This document shows positions 17,024 through 24,000 of a stretch of DNA of 24,000 nt, one piece after another. Position numbers and translations under genes: made by a program. The notes beneath the pieces were generated by a model. That model was given only the letters and a program-made list of their open reading frames with translations. It searched no databases and was not told the origin of the DNA. Positions within the stretch are counted from its first letter, which is position 1; each line of letters opens with the position of its first letter. The stretch comes from Paralcaligenes ureilyticus (GTDB taxonomy: Bacteria > Pseudomonadota > Gammaproteobacteria > Burkholderiales > Burkholderiaceae_B), in NCBI RefSeq assembly GCF_004346225.1, contig NZ_SMAJ01000002.1, positions 403,417 to 427,416 of the forward strand, given 5' to 3'.

Positions 17024-18238
17024 GGCGCCGCTGGCCAGCATTGCGTCGATATCGGCCGCGTTCAAGCCTGCCTCACCAAGGATTTCCCGGGTGTGCTCGC
17101 CCAATTTTGGCGCACTGCGGCGTATGCTCAGTGGAGTTTTAGAGTACGAACCGATAGGCGCAGGAGTGCGAATCGCACCTTCGCTGGGATGCTGCAAATC
17201 AACCAGTTGGCCTACCGCTTGCATGTGCGGATCATCGATAAGATCGTCCACGCTATACAAAGGCGACACCGGAATATCAGCCTGCGTAAAACCCTCCAGC
17301 CAATATTCGCTGGTGTGGCCGATCAGGGTTTCGGCGACAAACCGGTAGACCTCGGCAATATGTTCACCCCGGGCCGTGTGGTTGGCAAACACCGGGTCAT
17401 TGGCCAGTTCGGGTCTGCCGATCAGGTCAAAAAATGAGCGCCACTGCTTGTCGTTATAGATCAACAGGCACACGTAGCCATCCGAGGTTGCATAAGGCCG
17501 ACGGTTTTCCGTCAGCATGCGTGCGTAGCCCGACGGCCCGATCGGCGGCTTAAAGGTCTGCCCTCCCAAATGATCGCCCAGCACCAGTTGCGACATGGCC
17601 TCGAACATGGGCACTTCAATTTGCTGGCCCACGCCCGAGGATCGGGCTTGCAGCACGCCGGCCAGCATGGCGATGGCAACGTGCATGCCCACGACACGAT
17701 CGGCCAGCGCCAGAGGCGCGTAGCGCGGTACTTCGCCCGAGCTCTGTTGATATAAAGAAGCCAGGCCTGTCATGCCCTGAATCAGATCATCGTAAGCGGG
17801 TTTTCCGGCATAAGGCCCGCGCCCGCCAAAACCGTACGCCCCGACATATACCAGCTTCGGATTGACGCGCTCCACATCGGCATAAGCCAAACCCAGGCGA
17901 GCCATCGCTTGCGGCCGCGTGTTGTACAGCAATACGTCGGCCGTTTTGGCCAATTCCAGGCAAGCATGACGCCCTTGGGGCGTTTTCAAATCCACCACCG
18001 CCGAGCGCTTGTTGCGGTTCAGATGCAAATAAATAGCACCCATGCCCGGATTACGCATCGGGCCCGCCGCACGCATATTGTCGCCCGAAGGCGATTCAAT
18101 CTTGACCACATCGGCCCCGAGATCACCCAGAATCTGCGTGGCAAAAGGCCCCATGATCACCGAGCTTAAATCCAGAACCCGTATTCCCGCCAAAGGGCCT
18201 GTGTTCGAAACAGCCATTGTTTTATCTCCCGTAGCCAA
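17015..18238 (-). CDS. Class III CoA-transferase (CaiB/BaiF family)
   Basis: 407 aa; GIRVLDLSSVIMGPFATQILGDLGADVVKIESPSGD, NRNKRSAVVDLKTPQGR, GVGQQIEVPMFEAM. Confidence 0.95.
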   Translation of the reverse strand: MATGDKTMAVSNTGPLAGIRVLDLSSVIMGPFATQILGDLGADVVKIESPSGDNMRAAGPMRNPGMGAIYLHLNRNKRSAVVDLKTPQGRHACLELAKTADVLLYNTRPQAMARLGLAYADVERVNPKLVYVGAYGFGGRGPYAGKPAYDDLIQGMTGLASLYQQSSGEVPRYAPLALADRVVGMHVAIAMLAGVLQARSSGVGQQIEVPMFEAMSQLVLGDHLGGQTFKPPIGPSGYARMLTENRRPYATSDGYVCLLIYNDKQWRSFFDLIGRPELANDPVFANHTARGEHIAEVYRFVAETLIGHTSEYWLEGFTQADIPVSPLYSVDDLIDDPHMQAVGQLVDLQHPSEGAIRTPAPIGSYSKTPLSIRRSAPKLGEHTREILGEAGLNAADIDAMLASGAAA

Positions 18239-18252
18239 TCCGCAAAACGTTG

Positions 18253-18633
18253 TTATCTGACCACCCTGGCCGGATTTTCTTCATAAGGGGGTGAATAGAT
18301 TACCAGCACACGAGCGGGTTCGTCGCTGGTAACCGTGAATACGTGTTTTTCGTCGGCCGCAAAATAACAGCAATCGCCCGGTTCCAACTCGCCGCGCTCG
18401 CCGTTGAACTCTACCACCGCACTGCCGGACAACAGATAGCAAACCTGCTCGATGCCGGGATGCGCATGAGGCAAGGCGCCCTGGTTTTTTTCAATCACCC
18501 CCAGCAACACCTCGACATGCCGGGAACCCACTGTTTCCGGGCCGATAAGCCGACGGTTCAGGGTACCGGTGTGATTGGCCGGATGGTAACCCGGCACTTC
18601 GTTTTCTTTAACAATCCAGCGAGGGTGAGTCAT
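18253..18633 (-). CDS. Cupin-domain protein
   Basis: 126 aa; cupin motifs ALPHAHPGIEQVCYLLSGSAVVEFNGE and LEPGDCCYFAADEKHVF; co-directional and 14 nt from the CoA-transferase. Confidence 0.85.
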   Translation of the reverse strand: MTHPRWIVKENEVPGYHPANHTGTLNRRLIGPETVGSRHVEVLLGVIEKNQGALPHAHPGIEQVCYLLSGSAVVEFNGERGELEPGDCCYFAADEKHVFTVTSDEPARVLVIYSPPYEENPARVVR

Positions 18634-18740
18634 GACGGGTTTCCTATGTATCCGAACCGAGCGTCAAACTCCGCTCAGGCCAGCTCTCCAGCGCAGCCAG
18701 CGTTTGAATGATACATCGGTCGACGCACGTCAAGCCGATT

Positions 18741-18762
18741 AAGCCGCCTGTCAGAGCGGCTT
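18741..18762. other. Stem-loop AAGCCGC-CTGTCAGA-GCGGCTT
   Basis: Perfect 7-bp arms and 8-nt loop in the divergent promoter region. Confidence 0.5.
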
Positions 18763-18772
18763 CAGTATAGTA

Positions 18773-18800
18773 GCCGGGCTGCCGAACGTAGCAGCCCGGC
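18773..18800. other. Stem-loop GCCGGGCTGC-CGAACGTA-GCAGCCCGGC
   Basis: Perfect 10-bp GC-rich arms and 8-nt loop, ending 29 nt before the start codon of the substrate-binding protein. Confidence 0.65.
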
Positions 18801-18829
18801 CGTCCACGCTAATTACAAAGGAGATCGTT

Positions 18830-19804
18830 TTGCGTACTTTCAAATTAGGAACATGCGCCCTGCTTGTCGGCACCGCGCTCGTTGCGCTACCAGCATGTGC
18901 CGCCGGCACCTGGCCCGATCACACCATCGTATTCGTAGCGCCGTTTTCCCCTGGCGGAGCCAATGACCTGGTCGCGCGCATCTTCGCCAAAGAAGTCAGC
19001 AAGGAACTCAAACAATCGGTCATTGTCGAAAACCGTCCCGGCGCAGGCGGCGTGGTGGGGGCTGCGCATGTCGCTCATAGCAAACCCGACGGCTATACCT
19101 ACCTCGTGGGCGCAAACGGCACTATCACCAATAGTCTGATCCGCGCCACCCAGCCCTACAAGGATGCGCAGTTGACGCCTGTCGCCCTGATGGGCGTGGC
19201 GCCATCGGTTATCGTCACCAACGCGTCGAACCCGGCGAACAATCTTAAAGAATTCGTGGAAAACGCCAAAAAGAATCACGTCAACCGCATTACTTTCGCG
19301 GTGGCCGGCGTGGGTAGCACACCCGATTTCGTGGGTGAAATGATGAAAGAAGAAACCGGGCTACCGATGCAGGCGATCCCTTACAAAAGCGGCTCCGAAG
19401 ACGTCAATGCGGTGATGGGCAATCAGGTGGACGCCACCTCGGAGGCCAGCATCGTCACATTGCCGCTCGTCAAGGCCGGCAAGCTCAAGGCGCTGGCGAC
19501 AACCTGGGGAGGGAAACTGGCGAGCGCTCCCAATATTAAAACCACGGCTGAAGAAGGCTATCCGAACATCCGGATTGGTCACTGGGAAGGGCTTTTCGCT
19601 CCTACTGGTACACCCGCAACCGTGCTCGATAAAATGAATGCGGCGATACAAAAGGCGGCAAAATCCAAAGAAGTGCTTGATGCCCTGGACAAAAGCAGCA
19701 TCGAGCCTGGCAGGGGCACCCGTGCGGAATTCATCAAATTTACTCAGGATGAGCGCGCGAGGCTGGGTAAAGTCGTGGCCAAAGGCCACATGAAGGCGAG
19801 CTAA
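18830..19804 (+). CDS. Tripartite tricarboxylate transporter substrate-binding protein (Bug/TctC family)
   Basis: 324 aa from TTG with AAAGGAG upstream; signal peptide, WPDHTIVFVAPFSPGGANDLVARIFAKEVSKELKQSVIVENRPGAGGVVGAAHVAHSKPDGYTYLVG is a textbook Bug signature. Confidence 0.95.
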   Translation: MRTFKLGTCALLVGTALVALPACAAGTWPDHTIVFVAPFSPGGANDLVARIFAKEVSKELKQSVIVENRPGAGGVVGAAHVAHSKPDGYTYLVGANGTITNSLIRATQPYKDAQLTPVALMGVAPSVIVTNASNPANNLKEFVENAKKNHVNRITFAVAGVGSTPDFVGEMMKEETGLPMQAIPYKSGSEDVNAVMGNQVDATSEASIVTLPLVKAGKLKALATTWGGKLASAPNIKTTAEEGYPNIRIGHWEGLFAPTGTPATVLDKMNAAIQKAAKSKEVLDALDKSSIEPGRGTRAEFIKFTQDERARLGKVVAKGHMKAS

Positions 19805-19844
19805 TCGCCGGAAATTTGCGCGGCTTTCGTTTTTTTAGATGGAT

Positions 19845-19913
19845 GGCAGCCACAAGGGCTGCCGCTACATGAACGACGGATTCGTTTTTGTAGCGGCAGC
19901 CCTTGTGGCTGCC
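19845..19913 (+). repeat. Dispersed palindromic (REP-like) element, canonical 69-bp form
   Basis: GGCAGCCACAAGGGCTGCCGCTACA-TGAACGACGGATTCGTTTT-TGTAGCGGCAGCCCTTGTGGCTGCC; exact 25-bp arms, 19-nt loop. Confidence 0.95.
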
Positions 19914-19932
19914 ATTTTCGATTCTGTAATCA

Positions 19933-19957
19933 CGTAGCGGCACCCCTTGTGGGTGCC
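19933..19957 (+). repeat. Right half-arm of the REP-like element
   Basis: CGTAGCGGCACCCCTTGTGGGTGCC, 19 nt after the complete copy. Confidence 0.85.
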
Positions 19958-19986
19958 AAACACCCACGGCGCAAGCTACCGACCGA

Positions 19987-20544
19987 TCAATACAAACCCA
20001 TTTCCAGCCGCGCCACCTCGCTGATCATATCGCGGCTCCACGGAGGATCCCACACCAGATCAACCGTAACGTCTTCCACTCCATGTATGGCCAAAAGCTT
20101 GGCGCGCGCTTCATCGGCCAGCAAGGTGCCCATGCCGCAGCCGGGAGCGGTCAAGGTCATTTTAACGACAATATTAAAATGAGCGTCTCCCATCTCGCTG
20201 ACCAGGCAGCTATACACCAGGCCCAGGTTGACGATGTCGATGGGGATTTCGGGATCGAAACAAGTCGCCAGCTGTTCCCAGGCGGCCGCTTCGACTGATT
20301 CGGCCGTGGCCGGCCCCTCGGGGGCGTCCATCTCTTCCCGCTCGGCGGCCGACAGACCCAAAGCATCGGCATTGCTGCCATCGATGCGATACAGGTTGCC
20401 GCCCACCAGGACCGTGTAGCTGCCGCCCAACTGCTGCGTAATCTGTGCACGGCTGCCCTCGTCCAGCGTCACCGCCGAACCCCAGGGCACCTGAACTGCC
20501 GCACAATCGCGGGTCAGCTCTACTTCATGCATACGACTGTCCAT
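19987..20544 (-). CDS. sufT: SufT-type Fe-S cluster assembly protein (MIP18/DUF59 domain)
   Basis: 185 aa; LATCFDPEIPIDIVNLGLVY...VVKMTLTAPGCGMGTLLADEARAKLLAIHGVEDVTVDLVWDPPWSRDMISEVARLEMGL. Confidence 0.88.
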   Translation of the reverse strand: MDSRMHEVELTRDCAAVQVPWGSAVTLDEGSRAQITQQLGGSYTVLVGGNLYRIDGSNADALGLSAAEREEMDAPEGPATAESVEAAAWEQLATCFDPEIPIDIVNLGLVYSCLVSEMGDAHFNIVVKMTLTAPGCGMGTLLADEARAKLLAIHGVEDVTVDLVWDPPWSRDMISEVARLEMGLY

Positions 20545-20556
20545 TCCATCTCTTCC

Positions 20557-21012
20557 TTATTCCGTTTGCGCCGTCTCGCGCGCCGCAACCAGTGCGTTGT
20601 GCAGCGTGTGCCAGGCCAGCGACGCACACTTGACGCGCGCCGGAAACTCGCGCACTCCCGCCAATACTTCAAGCTTGCCGAAATCGCGGCCTTGCGGCTT
20701 GGTCTGCGTCAGCATCGCGTGCACGTCGTTAAACAGGGCCTCGGCCTGGGCCACCGGCATTCCCTTGACGGCTTCGGTCATCAAAGACGCCGAGGCCGTT
20801 GAAATGGCGCAGCCGTGTCCCACAAAACTGACATCGGCAATCAGGCCATCTTCGGTACGCAAATACACCGTCAGCTGATCGCCGCACAAAGGGTTGTAAC
20901 CCTCGGCCGTATTGGTCGCATCGGCCATGGCATGAAAGTTGCAAGGGTTGCGATTGTGATCGAAGATCACCTCTTGATAGAGTTCGCGCAAATCACCGCC
21001 GAAATCGCTCAT
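20557..21012 (-). CDS. sufU: SufU-type Fe-S scaffold/sulfur transfer protein
   Basis: 151 aa; LYQEVIFDHNRNPCNFHAM, YNPLCGDQLTVYL, GHGCAISTASASLMTEAVKG, RVKCASLAWHTL. Confidence 0.92.
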   Translation of the reverse strand: MSDFGGDLRELYQEVIFDHNRNPCNFHAMADATNTAEGYNPLCGDQLTVYLRTEDGLIADVSFVGHGCAISTASASLMTEAVKGMPVAQAEALFNDVHAMLTQTKPQGRDFGKLEVLAGVREFPARVKCASLAWHTLHNALVAARETAQTE

Positions 21013-22268
21013 GACCGTTTCTTCCCGCCAAACATATCCTGAGCCTTGTGTATCCCGGCCACCAGCGCATCGATATCGCTTTCAGTGTTATACAAGGCCA
21101 GCGAGGCACGAGCCGTGCCCGGGATGCCAAAGCGCGTCATGACCGGCATGGCGCAGTGATGCCCCGCGCGGATGGCTATCCCTTCGGTATCCAGAATAGT
21201 GCCCAGATCGTGGGGGTGTATGCCATCGAGCACAAAAGACAGAATAGCGGCCTTGTGGGCGGCCGTGCCGATCAGCCGCAAACCCGGTACGCGCAACAGG
21301 GCTTGGGTGCCATAAGCCAGTACGGCCTGCTCGTGAGCGGCAATCCGGCCCATGCCCAGCGCTTGCACATAGGCAATGGCGCTGGCCAGGCCCGCTACAC
21401 CGGCGATATTGGGTGTGCCCGCTTCGAAACGCTGAGGCACGTCGGCGTAGGTGCTGCGTTCAAAGCTGACTGTGCGGATCATGTCGCCGCCGCCTTGCCA
21501 GGGCGGCATGGCGCGCAGCAGTTCATACCGCGCGTACAACGCGCCTGTGCCGGTTGGGCCATATAGCTTATGCCCCGAGAACACATAAAAATCGCAATCC
21601 AGCGCCTGGACATCCACCGCCTGATGCGCCACGGCCTGGGCGCCATCGACCAGCACCTTGGCGCCGACCGCGTGGGCTTGGGCGACAATATCGGCAACAG
21701 GATTGACCGTGCCCAACGCATTGGAGACATGCGCAATAGCCACCAGGCGGGTTTTGGAACCCAGCAAAGACCGGTAGGCGTCCATATCCAGCTCGCCTCG
21801 GTCATTGATAGGCACCACTTTCAGAACCGCGCCCGTCTGTTCGGCCATTAATTGCCAAGGCACGATGTTGGAGTGATGCTCCATGCCGCTGAGTATGATT
21901 TCGTCGCCGGACGCAAGATTGGCCCGGCCCCAACTATAGGCCACCAAATTGATCGCCTCGGTCGTTCCGCGGGTGAAAACAATTTCTTCAGATCGGGCAG
22001 CATTAAGAAAGCCACGTATCTGCTCACGCCCCGCTTCATAAATATCGGTTGCCCGCTGCGACAGCCAGTGCACCCCACGATGAATATTGGCATTATCGTT
22101 GAGATAAAAGTTACGCTCGGTCTCGATCACCACACTGGGCTTTTGCGTGGTCGCGCCGTTATCCAGGTAAACCAGACGCTTGCCGCGCACAGATTGCTGC
22201 AAAATGGGAAAATCTTGCGCCTGTTGCACGCGTTCGGCCGCCAGCGAAAAAATTTCAGGAGCACTCAT
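21009..22268 (-). CDS. sufS: Cysteine desulfurase SufS
   Basis: 419 aa; LVYLDNGATTQKP, NANIHRGVHWLS, SGMEHHSNIVPWQ, FYVFSGHKLYGPTGTGALY, RAGHHCAMPVM. Confidence 0.96.
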   Translation of the reverse strand: MSAPEIFSLAAERVQQAQDFPILQQSVRGKRLVYLDNGATTQKPSVVIETERNFYLNDNANIHRGVHWLSQRATDIYEAGREQIRGFLNAARSEEIVFTRGTTEAINLVAYSWGRANLASGDEIILSGMEHHSNIVPWQLMAEQTGAVLKVVPINDRGELDMDAYRSLLGSKTRLVAIAHVSNALGTVNPVADIVAQAHAVGAKVLVDGAQAVAHQAVDVQALDCDFYVFSGHKLYGPTGTGALYARYELLRAMPPWQGGGDMIRTVSFERSTYADVPQRFEAGTPNIAGVAGLASAIAYVQALGMGRIAAHEQAVLAYGTQALLRVPGLRLIGTAAHKAAILSFVLDGIHPHDLGTILDTEGIAIRAGHHCAMPVMTRFGIPGTARASLALYNTESDIDALVAGIHKAQDMFGGKKRS

Positions 22269-23572
22269 GCCAGTTCCTCCAGCATTTCACCGCCGGGCAG
22301 ACGCGCGCGTATGGCCTTCGCCGCGCGGCGGCGCAGGGGCTCCAGCGGAATACGTGCCAAAGCCTCGGCCGCAAACGCATAGGTCAGCAGATTGCGCGCA
22401 TGAGCAACGTCGTAGCCGCGCGTGCGCAAATAAAACAGACTGTCCTCATTGATCTGGCCGACCGTCGCGCCGTGCGCGCATTTGACATCGTCGGCGTAGA
22501 TTTCAAGCTCGGGTCGCGTGTCGGCCTCGGCCATGCGCGACAGCAACAGGTTGTCGGAACGCTGTACGGCGTCGGTGCGGTCAGCGCCTTCGGCCACATA
22601 GATACGGCCGGCAAAGACGCCTCGCGCAGAACCATCGAGTATGCCGCGATAATATTCGCGGCTGGTGCCATGGGGCTTTGCATGATCGATGCGCGTGTGA
22701 TGATCGACATGGCGGCGCCCATTGGCGTAATACAAGCCATTGAGCAAGGTTTCGCAACCGTCGCCATCAAAGCGCGTGCCGATATCCGTACGAGCCAGCC
22801 GGGCGCCGAAAGACAGCGCATGCGAATTGAATACCGAGCCCTTGGTCTGCGTGGTCTCGATGGCCTGCAAATGAAATGCCTGCTCGCCTTCTTCCTGCAA
22901 TTTGGCGTGCGTGATACGGGCACCCGCGCCCAAATGAGAGCGGGTGACCGCATTGGTAAAGGTGACCGCGCCTTCAGCGCCCAGATAATGCTCAACGATC
23001 GTCGCCTGAGAGTTCTCCGCGGCGATGATCAGATTGCGCGGAAAACTGGCGCCCTGCGCGCTGGCAATGAAAACCAGATGAACGGGCGCGTCAAGCGCCA
23101 CGCCAGCGCCCAAGCGAATCACGGCGCCGTCGGTGGCCAAGGCAAGATTAAGCGCCTGGGTGCTGGCGCCATCATCATCGGTGCCCAAAAAAGCTTGCAT
23201 GTCGTCATCGCCGCCATCGAGCAGCGCAGCCAGCGTATCGATGCGCGCACCGTCAGGCAAGGCGCCTGTCTGCGACAGCCCCGACGCATGGCGGCCGTCT
23301 ACAAAGACCAGCCAGTGACCTTCTTCACCCTGACGCAGAGCATCGAGCAGTGCTTTGGAATCGGCCTGAACCTGCGGCGTCTCGAACGTTTGCTGCGCAA
23401 GCAAAGCCAGCGACGTATGGTGCCAGTTTTCCTGCTTGGAATGCGGCCAGCCCTGCTGGGCAAAACGATCGATGGCCCGCTGGCGACAGGCCGAAAGCCA
23501 CGGCGCGCGTGCACCCGGCAACGTGGCAGCGCGACGTTGAAACTCATCTACCCAGGTTTGCACGGCGCTCAT
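22265..23572 (-). CDS. sufD: Fe-S cluster assembly protein SufD
   Basis: 435 aa; [127 protein letters not shown]. Confidence 0.95.
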   Translation of the reverse strand: MSAVQTWVDEFQRRAATLPGARAPWLSACRQRAIDRFAQQGWPHSKQENWHHTSLALLAQQTFETPQVQADSKALLDALRQGEEGHWLVFVDGRHASGLSQTGALPDGARIDTLAALLDGGDDDMQAFLGTDDDGASTQALNLALATDGAVIRLGAGVALDAPVHLVFIASAQGASFPRNLIIAAENSQATIVEHYLGAEGAVTFTNAVTRSHLGAGARITHAKLQEEGEQAFHLQAIETTQTKGSVFNSHALSFGARLARTDIGTRFDGDGCETLLNGLYYANGRRHVDHHTRIDHAKPHGTSREYYRGILDGSARGVFAGRIYVAEGADRTDAVQRSDNLLLSRMAEADTRPELEIYADDVKCAHGATVGQINEDSLFYLRTRGYDVAHARNLLTYAFAAEALARIPLEPLRRRAAKAIRARLPGGEMLEELA

Positions 23573-24000
23573 AACGCGACGCCCTCCTGCGCCGGAACGG
23601 GAACATCCAGCCAGCCATAGCCACGCTCTTCGAGCTCGAGTGCCAGTTCGCGTCCGCCCGAACGCACAATGCGGCCCTGCGCCAGCACATGCACATAATC
23701 GGGCACGATATAGTCAAGCAAGCGTTGATAGTGCGTGATGACAATCAGGGAGCGCTCAGGCGTGCGCAGGCGATTGACCCCATCGGCCACGATTTTAAGG
23801 GCGTCGATGTCCAGCCCCGAATCGGTTTCGTCGAGAATCGCCAACTTCGGCTCGAGCAGCGACATCTGCAGTACTTCGTTGCGCTTTTTCTCGCCGCCCG
23901 AAAAGCCCTCGTTGACCGAGCGATACAGGAACTCCTGGCTCATGCCCACGGTCTTCATTTCGCTCTTGACGCGTTTAAGAAAGTCCATGGCATCGAGCTC
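23569..24000 (-). CDS. sufC: Fe-S cluster assembly ATPase SufC, 5' part outside window
   Basis: [47 protein letters not shown]...[30 protein letters not shown] (ABC signature, Walker B and SufC-specific motifs); open to the window edge. Confidence 0.95.
   Translation of the reverse strand, partial: ELDAMDFLKRVKSEMKTVGMSQEFLYRSVNEGFSGGEKKRNEVLQMSLLEPKLAILDETDSGLDIDALKIVADGVNRLRTPERSLIVITHYQRLLDYIVPDYVHVLAQGRIVRSGGRELALELEERGYGWLDVPVPAQEGVAL

Noticed and set aside
22400-23620. 406-codon ORF antisense to sufD
   Set aside because: Shadow ORF; SufD on the minus strand has clear conserved motifs and operon context.

Overview
24 kb chromosomal window from a high-GC betaproteobacterium. Gene content and protein style suggest the Alcaligenaceae/Bordetella neighbourhood, but this is inference. 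Left to right it holds: a partial MHS-type MFS transporter and an M20 (ArgE/DapE-like) peptidase (-); ahpC-ahpF (+) with an OxyR-like box upstream; a complete poly-GlcNAc exopolysaccharide operon pgaABCD (+; bpsABCD in Bordetella nomenclature); a complete curli-type amyloid cluster csgE-csgF-csgG-csgB-csgA-csgH (+); a LuxR-type regulator with a degenerate receiver domain (+); a CaiB/BaiF CoA-transferase plus cupin (-), divergent from a Bug/TctC-family substrate-binding protein (+); and a SUF Fe-S operon sufC(partial)-sufD-sufS-sufU-sufT (-). The main non-coding signals are: (1) a dispersed palindromic element family with 25-bp arms, a mostly 19-nt directional loop and compensatory changes in a nested hairpin, found at four intergenic loci; (2) a PNAG + amyloid matrix island flanked by an orphan pseudo-receiver regulator; (3) a CsgH-like protein with no visible signal peptide; (4) alternating two-unit architecture in CsgA; (5) a perfect 24-bp palindrome containing both stop codons of a convergent gene pair. 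No CRISPR, rRNA, tRNA or transposase gene was identified.
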